DNA of 27,066 nucleotides from NCBI GenBank assembly GCA_046484255.1, contig JAWOBQ010000028.1:1-27066 (forward strand), read 5' to 3'. Both the position numbers and the translations under genes were made by a program. Origin of the DNA: Bacteroidales bacterium. Lineage in GTDB: Bacteria; Bacteroidota; Bacteroidia; Bacteroidales; PWNQ01. Numbering within the stretch: the stretch's first letter is position 1; each line of letters starts with the position of its first letter. The notes beneath the pieces are model-generated. The model was not told the origin of the DNA. It worked only from the letters and a program-made list of their open reading frames with translations, and did no database searches. This document shows, piece by piece, positions 1-8,174 of the stretch.

Positions 1-315
1 AAACAAAAACAAGAGCACCAATGGGAGTTTAATGCAAGCCCCCCTAAGCTGGATAAAAATCTGCAAAGCCTTATTGAGTCTGTATTAGAAGATTATAAAT
101 CCCAAATGATGAATGCGACTATGGACCGGCATACCAACCTGGCCAGGGCAATGGCAAAACGATCGGCTATAAAAAAAGGAAGTAAACTGGAGCAAGAGGA
201 GATCAAGTCGTTGATCAATGCTTTGTTTGCCTGCCAAATGCCGGAATATTCATTAGATGGAAAACACATTATCAGGATCATTAAGCATGATGAATTAAAG
301 GAAAGATTTAACTAA
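1..315 (+). CDS. mutL: DNA mismatch repair protein MutL, C-terminal dimerisation domain (5'-truncated by window edge)
   Basis: Frame is open from base 1 to the stop at 313-315. ...LARAMAKRSAIKKGSKLEQEEIKSLINALFACQMPEYSLDGK...ELKERF matches the Bacteroidota MutL C-terminus. It lies upstream of two rhomboids, as is typical in Bacteroidota. Confidence 0.85.
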   Translation, partial: KQKQEHQWEFNASPPKLDKNLQSLIESVLEDYKSQMMNATMDRHTNLARAMAKRSAIKKGSKLEQEEIKSLINALFACQMPEYSLDGKHIIRIIKHDELKERFN

Positions 316-325
316 AGAAAAAATT

Positions 326-1162
326 ATGAGCGGACAATACAGCCCAAGAGGATTTTCTGTTTTACCCCCTGTGGTCAAGCATCTCTTGATCTTAAACGGT
401 TTGTTTTTTTTAGCCACCCTGACATTTGCCGGAGCCTTTAATTTTGACCTTTCTCAGTACATGGCCTTGCATTACCCGGCTTCGGATAAATTCAGTCCTT
501 ATCAGTATGTGACATATATGTTTATGCATGCCAATTTTGCACATATTTTCTTTAATATGTTTGCTTTATGGATGTTTGGTTATGCATTGGAAAATATCTG
601 GGGTTCGCAGCGATTTTTGATTTATTATATTGTGACAGGCTTAGGGGCCGCTTTTATTCAAACTTTTGTAAATTATTTGGAATTCTCTTCCATACAATCG
701 GCAATTGATTCTTATACGAATTCACCGGATCCGGAGGCTTTTGCTTTGCTGATGCGGGAAAACTTTGAAGGGATGTATAACCATAGTGCTGTCAATGAAT
801 TCATCAGGAATTTTCGACAGAACCCGGGGGATACAGCATTGTTACAGCGCTCTTATGAAATAGCGGACATGTTTTACCAGAAAAAGATCAGCACGCCCAC
901 AGTCGGAGCTTCCGGAGCCGTATACGGGATCTTGCTGGCTTTCGGGATGATCTTTCCCAATGTGCTGATTTATATATATTTCCTTTTCCCGATCAAAGCA
1001 AAATACCTGGTTATGTTTTTGGGAGGCATCGAATTATATACCGGCATTGCCTCCAACCCGGGCGACAATGTGGCGCACTTTGCCCACCTGGGAGGCATGA
1101 TCTTTGGATATGTTATGATACGGATGTGGAAAAACAAAACCAATCAAAACCGATTCTTCTGA
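326..1162 (+). CDS. Rhomboid family intramembrane serine protease (catalytic motifs intact)
   Basis: YMFMHANFAHIFFNMFALWMFG (TM2 HxxxN), GASGAVYG (catalytic Ser) and AHFAHLGG (catalytic His). Has a long loop insertion before the GASG helix. Confidence 0.93.
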   Translation: MSGQYSPRGFSVLPPVVKHLLILNGLFFLATLTFAGAFNFDLSQYMALHYPASDKFSPYQYVTYMFMHANFAHIFFNMFALWMFGYALENIWGSQRFLIYYIVTGLGAAFIQTFVNYLEFSSIQSAIDSYTNSPDPEAFALLMRENFEGMYNHSAVNEFIRNFRQNPGDTALLQRSYEIADMFYQKKISTPTVGASGAVYGILLAFGMIFPNVLIYIYFLFPIKAKYLVMFLGGIELYTGIASNPGDNVAHFAHLGGMIFGYVMIRMWKNKTNQNRFF

Positions 1163-1163
1163 T

Positions 1164-1931
1164 ATGCGAATTACACCACAATCTGCAAACTTAAAAGCTT
1201 TTTATCAACAGTATACCCTGGCGATATGGTTAGGGGCGGCGAATATTATTGCCCTGGCCCTGGTAAAGGCAGATTTCTTCACCATCCTTTTCTATACCTA
1301 TTTGCTGATCTTCACCGGTCGTATATTTTTTGACTTTATCAGCAGGAAAGATTATTTAAATATTTGGTTTTTGGGAGTACTGGCTTCCGTTGTGATATAT
1401 GCATTATTCGCCTCCACGCTAAGCGTATTTCCGTATAAGGGATTGGTAGTTGCTTCTCTTGCCGGAGGTGCTCTGGCCCTGATCGCCGCCAGTGCTACAT
1501 ATATGCCGGAAGCTCCTATACGCTTGTTTGTATTCGGCCCCTTCCCTTTTAAATACCTGGCTATTGGCCTGATCATACTGGATGTATTTACCGCCGATGC
1601 AGACGTGCAGGCAGCCGGGACTGGTGTTGCGCACTTTGCCCATCTGCTCGGAGCTGCAACCGGATTTGCTTATATTTACTTTCGGCAGAAAGGAATTAAG
1701 ACAGATAAACTATTCAGCTGGTTCTATACCTCATCAAAACCGGGAATGAAAGCTAAAAAAGGAGGAAAATACCATCATACCCCACCCCCACGCGATGATC
1801 ATGAATACAGGAAAAAGAAAAAAGAAGAACAGGAAAAACTGGATGAGATCCTGGATAAAATTTCAAGATCCGGCTATGAAAGCCTGACGAAAAAAGAAAA
1901 GGAACTCTTGTTCAGACAAAGTAAAGATTAA
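1164..1931 (+). CDS. Second rhomboid-like membrane protein with degenerate active site and charged C-terminal helical domain
   Basis: AHFAHLLG is retained, and the C-terminal EQEKLDEILDKISRSGYESLTKKEKELLF is typical of the second Bacteroidota rhomboid. The GxSG region reads VVASLAGGALA and HxxxN is absent. Confidence 0.8.
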   Translation: MRITPQSANLKAFYQQYTLAIWLGAANIIALALVKADFFTILFYTYLLIFTGRIFFDFISRKDYLNIWFLGVLASVVIYALFASTLSVFPYKGLVVASLAGGALALIAASATYMPEAPIRLFVFGPFPFKYLAIGLIILDVFTADADVQAAGTGVAHFAHLLGAATGFAYIYFRQKGIKTDKLFSWFYTSSKPGMKAKKGGKYHHTPPPRDDHEYRKKKKEEQEKLDEILDKISRSGYESLTKKEKELLFRQSKD

Positions 1932-1943
1932 ATATCCATTAAA

Positions 1944-3086
1944 GTGCGTTCTAAAAAAAACAAATCACAGCTTTCTATTTTTAATCGCCTGGTTTTTATA
2001 GTGAATATTCTGGTTGGCATGGCATTACTTTTTTCTTTTGCTGCTTCCTGGATCTCTCCGCAAAAATTTTGGCCTCTCGCTTTTTTTGGGCTTGCTTTTC
2101 CGGTTTTTTTCGTGCTAAACCTGTTGTTTGCCGTATACTGGCTTTTCGTTAAAAGGATATATATGCTGGTTTCCCTGCTTCCGTTTATTGTCGGGGTTTT
2201 TATGCCCGGAAGCCATTTGCGGTTTAACAAAGCAGCTGAAGAGAATAACAACAGCAATTCCATTAGGGTGTTAACCTATAATGTAAATGCTTATGAGCGT
2301 GATCAATGGAAAGGTAATAACCACTTTCCCCACACCACTGCTTTTATGGAATTTTTCCGGGAGGAAGAACCGGATATTCTTTTTTTGCAGGAGCATCTGG
2401 CTTATGATGATATTGAACGTGAGATCCGTGAAGAAATACAAAATTCGACCGGGCAAACACATTATTATCTGAAAAAATATTATAATACCTTTGAAACTTC
2501 GCAATGCATAGGGATATTCAGCAAGCACCCGTTTGTTCGCCATGGTTTTAAGCAAAGCCAGTTCCGGGAACGTGAGCGAACGTATTTTGTTTTTGCTGAT
2601 ATTGCTTTGCCCACAGATACCGTCAGGGCATATAGTGTCCACCTGCAATCCAATTATCTGAAAAAAGAAGGCGAATTGTTTACGAAAAGCCCGGATATCA
2701 CCAACCGTGACTATCAAAAACTGCTACATGAACAAACGATGAGTTTAACCCGGAAGCTAAAATATGCATTTCAGCACCGGGCTGTCCAGGTAGATGAATT
2801 GGTTGCTCATATAAAAGACAGTCCTTATCCGGTAATTTTAGGCGGTGACTTTAACGATACGCCCGGCAGTTATACATATTCACGGATAAACAAACTTTTA
2901 AAAGACAGTTACCGTAAGCGATCGGCAGGCAAAAGATACACCTATTACGGCGATTTTCCCTCTTTCCGGATCGATTATATTTTTCACGATAACATTTTGG
3001 AAGCCAGCAATACCCGGATTGTAGAACATCCTTATTCAGATCATTATCCGGTGGTAACACAACTAAAAATGAACACTAAACCATGA
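1944..3086 (+). CDS. Endonuclease/exonuclease/phosphatase (EEP) family protein with N-terminal membrane anchor
   Basis: VLTYNV, DILFLQE, GGDFNDTP, RIDYIF and SDHYPV motifs; about three hydrophobic N-terminal helices; GTG start. Confidence 0.92.
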   Translation: MRSKKNKSQLSIFNRLVFIVNILVGMALLFSFAASWISPQKFWPLAFFGLAFPVFFVLNLLFAVYWLFVKRIYMLVSLLPFIVGVFMPGSHLRFNKAAEENNNSNSIRVLTYNVNAYERDQWKGNNHFPHTTAFMEFFREEEPDILFLQEHLAYDDIEREIREEIQNSTGQTHYYLKKYYNTFETSQCIGIFSKHPFVRHGFKQSQFRERERTYFVFADIALPTDTVRAYSVHLQSNYLKKEGELFTKSPDITNRDYQKLLHEQTMSLTRKLKYAFQHRAVQVDELVAHIKDSPYPVILGGDFNDTPGSYTYSRINKLLKDSYRKRSAGKRYTYYGDFPSFRIDYIFHDNILEASNTRIVEHPYSDHYPVVTQLKMNTKP

Positions 3087-5131
3087 ACTTCGAACTCATA
3101 TCCGAATTTAAACCTACGGGAGACCAGCCTGAGGCTATACAACAGCTGACTGAAGGTATTTTGCGGGGGGACCCTGCCCAGGTTTTGCTGGGAGTGACCG
3201 GCTCGGGCAAGACCTTTACCATAGCCAATGCTATAGAGAAGGTTCAGCGTCCTACGCTGGTACTGAGCCATAATAAAACTCTGGCTGCTCAATTATATGG
3301 GGAGTTTAAACAGTTTTTTCCCAATAATGCCGTTGAATATTTTGTTTCTTATTATGATTATTATCAGCCGGAAGCCTATATTCCGGTTACGAACACCTAT
3401 ATTGAAAAAGATCTTTCTATCAATGAAGAGATCGAGAAACTTCGTTTAAGCGCTACTTCTTCCCTGCTCTCCGGGCGGCGGGATGTGATTGTTGTTTCCT
3501 CTGTTTCCTGTATTTATGGTATTGGCAATCCGGATGAGTTTAATAAAAATACAGTGTATCTTCGTGCCGGAGATGTGATCCCGCGTAACAAATTGTTGCA
3601 ACAACTGGTCACCAGCTTATATAGCCGTGCTGAAGCAGAATTTAGCCGTGGCACTTTCCGGGTTTCCGGCGATACCGTAGAAGTGTTTCCGGCTTATTCC
3701 GATGATTATGCTTATCGCCTGCTATTTTGGGATGATGAACTGGAAGCCGTGGAGGCCTTTATTCCAGAGACCGGAAAGGTAATCGAGAAGCTGGAAGAAG
3801 CGATTATTTATCCGGCCAATATTTTTGTTACGTCCCAGGAGCGCATGAACCATGCCTTAACGCAAATCCAGTTAGATTTGGGGGAACAGCTGAGCCATAT
3901 GAAGGAAAATGGCAAGCACTATGAAGCACAGCGTCTGAACGACCGGGTTACTTATGATGTGGAAATGATGCGGGAATTGGGGTATTGCAGTGGGATAGAG
4001 AATTACTCCCGGTATTTCGACGGGCGCGAGCCCGGAACACGTCCGTTTTGCCTGCTGGACTATTTTCCGGATGACTACCTGACGGTGATCGATGAAAGCC
4101 ATGTGACCATTCCCCAGCTTCATGCCATGTATGGAGGAGACAGAAGCCGGAAAGAAAACCTGGTGGAATATGGATTCCGCCTGCCGGCCGCCCTGGATAA
4201 CCGGCCCCTGAAGTTTGATGAATTTATGGAGCTGAATAAGCAGATTATCTATGTGAGTGCTACCCCCGGAGATTATGAACTGCAACAGGCCGGTGGAGTG
4301 GTGACAGAGCAACTGGTAAGACCTACAGGACTTTTAGATCCGCCGGTGACAATAAAACCTACGATGAACCAGATCGATGACCTGCTGGAAGAAGTGCGGC
4401 AGGTCATTACACGGAAGGAACGTGTATTGGTAACTACACTTACTAAACGCATGGCGGAAGAACTAACAAAATACCTGCTGGAGATCAATGTAAAAACACG
4501 CTATATCCACTCGGATGTGGATACGCTGGAGCGTGTGGAGATCCTCAGAGGATTGCGCAGCGGAACATTTGATGTGCTGGTGGGTGTCAACCTGCTGCGG
4601 GAAGGCCTGGACCTGCCCGAAGTCTCACTTGTCGCAATTATGGATGCCGATAAAGAAGGTTTTCTGCGATCGGAAACATCACTGACACAAACTGCAGGAC
4701 GGGCAGCCAGAAATATCAATGCGAAAGTGATTATGTATGCCGATAAAATTACAGGATCTATGAAACGTACTATCGAGGAAACTGAACGCCGTAGGGAAAA
4801 ACAACTTCAGTTTAACCTAAAGCATAATATCACCCCCACTTCCATGAAAAAAACCGAAAGCAGTATTCGGGGACAAACTGCCGTGCTTGATATTAACGGA
4901 GAGAAAGTGAAAGCCTATGCCGGACCGGATAAAGAAAGTATGGCCGCAGACCCCGTAGTGGAATATATGAGCAGAGACCAACTGGAAAAGGCCCTAAAGA
5001 AAACGGCTAAAAAAATGGAATCTGCCGTGAAAGAACTGAACTTCCTGGAAGCTGCACAATATCGCGACGAAATGATGGAGATGGAAAAACGACTGAAAAA
5101 TATGAATAAAAAACTCCCGGATAATATGTGA
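3083..5131 (+). CDS. uvrB: Excinuclease ABC subunit B
   Basis: PTGDQPEAI, Walker A GVTGSGKTFT, YYDYYQPEAY beta-hairpin, DESH, GINL-like GVNLLREGLD and C-terminal UVR domain (LNFLEAAQYRDE). ATGA overlap with the EEP stop. Confidence 0.98.
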   Translation: MNFELISEFKPTGDQPEAIQQLTEGILRGDPAQVLLGVTGSGKTFTIANAIEKVQRPTLVLSHNKTLAAQLYGEFKQFFPNNAVEYFVSYYDYYQPEAYIPVTNTYIEKDLSINEEIEKLRLSATSSLLSGRRDVIVVSSVSCIYGIGNPDEFNKNTVYLRAGDVIPRNKLLQQLVTSLYSRAEAEFSRGTFRVSGDTVEVFPAYSDDYAYRLLFWDDELEAVEAFIPETGKVIEKLEEAIIYPANIFVTSQERMNHALTQIQLDLGEQLSHMKENGKHYEAQRLNDRVTYDVEMMRELGYCSGIENYSRYFDGREPGTRPFCLLDYFPDDYLTVIDESHVTIPQLHAMYGGDRSRKENLVEYGFRLPAALDNRPLKFDEFMELNKQIIYVSATPGDYELQQAGGVVTEQLVRPTGLLDPPVTIKPTMNQIDDLLEEVRQVITRKERVLVTTLTKRMAEELTKYLLEINVKTRYIHSDVDTLERVEILRGLRSGTFDVLVGVNLLREGLDLPEVSLVAIMDADKEGFLRSETSLTQTAGRAARNINAKVIMYADKITGSMKRTIEETERRREKQLQFNLKHNITPTSMKKTESSIRGQTAVLDINGEKVKAYAGPDKESMAADPVVEYMSRDQLEKALKKTAKKMESAVKELNFLEAAQYRDEMMEMEKRLKNMNKKLPDNM

Positions 5132-5207
5132 GGGCAGCCTAAAATGAAAAAGAAATGACACGAATGGAATATGCCACGAATGCATGATTTTAAGGTGATA
5201 TAGTTTT

Positions 5208-6569
5208 TTATTTTATAAAATACCATTTAAAATCTTTGCAAAAAAACAGCCATCCATGATAAAATATTTTATGGTAACGGATTGGCAATTCTTTATTTAG
5301 GTATCGAAATCCGATGATCTGCCCGATAATCGTCATCAGGATTGTAACCATAGCCACAAGCATAAGTATCTGTATCATTGTAATATTGGGATAAAATATT
5401 TTCACAACAAAAATGGCAATAATATCTCCTGTAATATTTGTTAGATTCATAAATAACACTTTATACATATTATTAGCCGGTTTATTGATACTGTCCAGGG
5501 CTACACCGGCAAAACGGTCGATGGGTAAAAACAAGGCATAAATGCAAAATACGCGGAAGACATTAGCCATTTCTGCATAATCCCGGCCTCCCAAAAGCAC
5601 TACAAAAAATTCTGCAAAGATCAGCCCCGGAACAGCCACGAGCATAAAGAAATACGTCATAGCTCCACTATAGGTATAGAATAGTTTTCTGATCTCGTCC
5701 CATTGTTTATGAATACTGGCCTTTGACATTCTGGGAAATGAAGTAGCCGAAAGGCTGGTTAAAGGGATCGCGAGTACTTCAGTAAGTTTCATTGGGATAC
5801 TGTACATGGCTACACCGGCAGAGCCTAAAAAAGGACTTAATCCGAGAATGAAAGTATCCATACTTTTCAAAAGGTTTGAGCCAATAAGCGTACCCATAGC
5901 ATATTTTCCGAAATTCAGTATCTTTTTGCGGTGTCTTCCGGTACTCTGTTGAATATATTCAATGCCATCCCAGCCAAAGGCCATAACAAGTACAGAGGAA
6001 AGCAGGTTTACAACAAGATGAGCAATTAGCACACTGAGTATCCCCATTTGAAAAAAGAAGTAATTCAAAGCCAGAAACAAAACAAAGCTGCCGATATTAA
6101 AGAACTTGATATAAAGAATTTTATCAAACCTCTGCCATGCTTGCAAAACGCTTAAAGCATGGTTATAAGGCAAGTTGATAAAAGCCAGCAAGGGATACCA
6201 TTTAAAAAACAATACATATCCGGATTTTTCAATAGATTCGCGAAAAAGCAGGTTAATAGTGATTAGAATTATTGCGATGACCAGGGTTAAGGCTAAGCTG
6301 ATCATATAGTTGGAACCCATTAATTTTTTTTGTTCCTTTTTATCCGCTCCGGAGAGAAAACGTACCAGGGCCATTTTGGTCAGCCCAAAGCGAAACATTT
6401 CAATGAATACCGCTGCAGTAACATATAATACCCATTCGCCAAAAACTTCTTTTTCAAAACTGCGAGTGAGGATCACGAAACTCAAAAATCCCAGGGCCGC
6501 AAATATGGTATTCCCCGAAAGGCTTTGAATATCTTTGTCGTGTACCCATCTGTTCAGTATGACGCTCAA
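5208..6569 (-). CDS. Wzx-like oligosaccharide flippase (MOP/polysaccharide biosynthesis family)
   Basis: 453-aa multi-TM protein: LTRSF...FGEWVLY, GVAMYSIPMKL and SATSFPRMSKA resemble Wzx/MATE-like exporters. Confidence 0.75.
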   Translation of the reverse strand: MSVILNRWVHDKDIQSLSGNTIFAALGFLSFVILTRSFEKEVFGEWVLYVTAAVFIEMFRFGLTKMALVRFLSGADKKEQKKLMGSNYMISLALTLVIAIILITINLLFRESIEKSGYVLFFKWYPLLAFINLPYNHALSVLQAWQRFDKILYIKFFNIGSFVLFLALNYFFFQMGILSVLIAHLVVNLLSSVLVMAFGWDGIEYIQQSTGRHRKKILNFGKYAMGTLIGSNLLKSMDTFILGLSPFLGSAGVAMYSIPMKLTEVLAIPLTSLSATSFPRMSKASIHKQWDEIRKLFYTYSGAMTYFFMLVAVPGLIFAEFFVVLLGGRDYAEMANVFRVFCIYALFLPIDRFAGVALDSINKPANNMYKVLFMNLTNITGDIIAIFVVKIFYPNITMIQILMLVAMVTILMTIIGQIIGFRYLNKELPIRYHKIFYHGWLFFCKDFKWYFIK

Positions 6570-6773
6570 AATCGTGATTGTTATTTTTGTGATGTCAGGT
6601 ACACGTTGGCATTGATACCTGTCATTGTTTCGGTGTCAAAAATAAACAAACCACAGCTTTTTCCCTTAAAAACGTTTAAAAAGAATTTGCATCCGTCATC
6701 CCTGGGTGGGTTCACTTCAGTCGCTTCGCGAATATACTGCTAAACAGGCGGAATACCCGGAGCTTAAACAAGG

Positions 6774-7634
6774 TCAGCGGATACGTTGGATAATATCCTG
6801 CAGTATCCGGTTTATGGCATTTTCCGGGTCATATTCAGGAACGGTAAGCTGCCCGATCATTGCATTAAGGAATACTTCATCATAAGGAATGATCCCGGCT
6901 ATTTCCATTTTTGTTTTATGGCAATAGGTCCTGATCCTGCATGTCATTTCCGGATTAATATCTGCTTTATTTACAATAACTTTTACAGCTATCTTAAAGT
7001 GATCCGCTAACTGTTTTGCGCGTTTCAGATCCGCAAGCCCGGCAAGAGTAGGTTCTGTTACTACGACCACCAGGTCGGCGCCGTTAATAGAAGCGATCAC
7101 GGGGCACCCTACACCCGGCGGGCCATCCGTTAAAATATAATCTGCATTTACCCTCTTTGCCAATTCGCGTGCTTTTTCCCTGAGCTTCGCCACAAGCTTT
7201 CCGGACAAGTCCTCTCCTATGCCCAGCCGGGCATGGAGCATAGGCCCAAAACGGGTAATGGATTCATACCACGCACTGCTTTGTGAGCGGATCATATGTA
7301 TAGCATTTTCAGGACAGGCATGCATGCAAAGCTTACAGCCCTCACAATGGATTTCATCCACCCTGAAATTTCCCTGCGTTTCGATAATGGCATTGAAACG
7401 GCATAGCTCAAGACAAATGCCGCACTGGGTGCATTTCCCGGCATCTATCCGGGCAGTAGCTCCCCCCGCAAAAGGATAACTTTGTTTTATCTCCGGTCTT
7501 AATAAAAGATAAAGATTGGCCGCATCAACATCGCAATCCGTAAAAATTGTATTCTGCATCCAAGATGCCAGTGCCGCTACAAGGCTTGTTTTTCCGGTCC
7601 CTCCTTTGCCACTGATCAAAGTTATCTGTTTCAT
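6774..7634 (-). CDS. MinD/ParA-superfamily P-loop ATPase with inserted 2x[4Fe-4S] ferredoxin domain (second paralogue)
   Basis: ISGKGGTGKT, DCDVDAANL, CTQCGICLELC, CEGCKLCMHACP and DGPPGVGCPVIAS. Confidence 0.92.
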   Translation of the reverse strand: MKQITLISGKGGTGKTSLVAALASWMQNTIFTDCDVDAANLYLLLRPEIKQSYPFAGGATARIDAGKCTQCGICLELCRFNAIIETQGNFRVDEIHCEGCKLCMHACPENAIHMIRSQSSAWYESITRFGPMLHARLGIGEDLSGKLVAKLREKARELAKRVNADYILTDGPPGVGCPVIASINGADLVVVVTEPTLAGLADLKRAKQLADHFKIAVKVIVNKADINPEMTCRIRTYCHKTKMEIAGIIPYDEVFLNAMIGQLTVPEYDPENAINRILQDIIQRIR

Positions 7635-7645
7635 ACGTTTAAAAT

Positions 7646-7701
7646 TGTTCCTTGTTCGGTGTTCCTTGTTCGGTGTTTCGTTGTTCGTTGTTCCTTGCTT
7701 G
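7646..7701. repeat. Degenerate heptamer tandem array (TGTTCCT/TGTTCGG, about 7 units)
   Basis: Read directly: TGTTCCT TGTTCGG TGTTCCT TGTTCGG TGTTTCG T TGTTCGT TGTTCCT TGCTTG. Confidence 0.9.
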
Positions 7702-7844
7702 CCCCCGATTGAATATTGCTATCGCAATTCAACCCAGTTGATTAGAAAAAATCAACCCCTGTGAAATATGAAGAGATTTCACGGGATAAACGGGGCAAGC
7801 GGGGTAAACCGTGAAACGCGACGTTAGGAGCATATTTAACGGGA
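7697..7844. repeat. Cluster of nested REP-like hairpin elements
   Basis: Hairpins ttgaat...attcaa, gttgatt...aatcaac and gtgaaat...atttcac, followed by three stacked closing arms: cgggataaa, cggggcaag and cggggtaaa. Confidence 0.8.
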
Positions 7845-7950
7845 GGTTCTGTGTTCGCTTTTTCTCTCAGTCTCTTCGTTCTCTTAAGTCGCTTCGTTCG
7901 CTCAGGTCACCCTATCACCCTCTCATTATCACCTCAACGCATTAGGCCTA

Positions 7951-8020
7951 CTACTATCTACTATCTACTATCTACTACCTACTACCTACTACCTACTACC
8001 TACTACCTACTACCTACTAC
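7951..8020. repeat. Heptamer tandem array (CTACTAT)3(CTACTAC)7
   Basis: Ten contiguous 7-bp units counted directly. Confidence 0.97.
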
Positions 8021-8038
8021 GCCTCATTCCCTGCGCGC

Positions 8039-8063
8039 ACCCCGAACCCCTAAAGGGGAAGCC
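8039..8063. repeat. Solo REP-like palindromic unit (accccgaacccctaaaggggaagcc)
   Basis: Internal palindrome cccctaaagggg; near-identical to the internal arm of the long MITE at about 22070-22095 (reverse strand). Confidence 0.7.
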
Positions 8064-8174
8064 CGTCGCACACTGACATACCCTTCCGGCAGTTCGCCTC
8101 TTCGCATTTAATCATCCTCCTGTGTGCGGAACGCCTCGGCACGGGTGTTTCATATGTTCATTTTATAAACACGT

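Noticed and set aside
5159-5182. Two copies of CACGAATG 16 bp apart after uvrB
   Set aside because: Only two short copies; reminiscent of low-complexity intergenic repeats but not enough to call.
6690-6765. GC-richer segment between the flippase and ATPase genes as a riboswitch, REP or terminator
   Set aside because: I could not build a convincing stem or match a known RNA motif.
7851-8111. 86-aa plus-strand ORF (TTIYYLLSTTYYLLPTT...)
   Set aside because: It is a translation of the heptamer array and repeats, antisense to the operon, with no protein-like features.
7635-8174. Possible CRISPR array
   Set aside because: The repeats are contiguous 7-mers or nested hairpins, not constant repeats with unique 30-40-bp spacers, and no cas genes are present.
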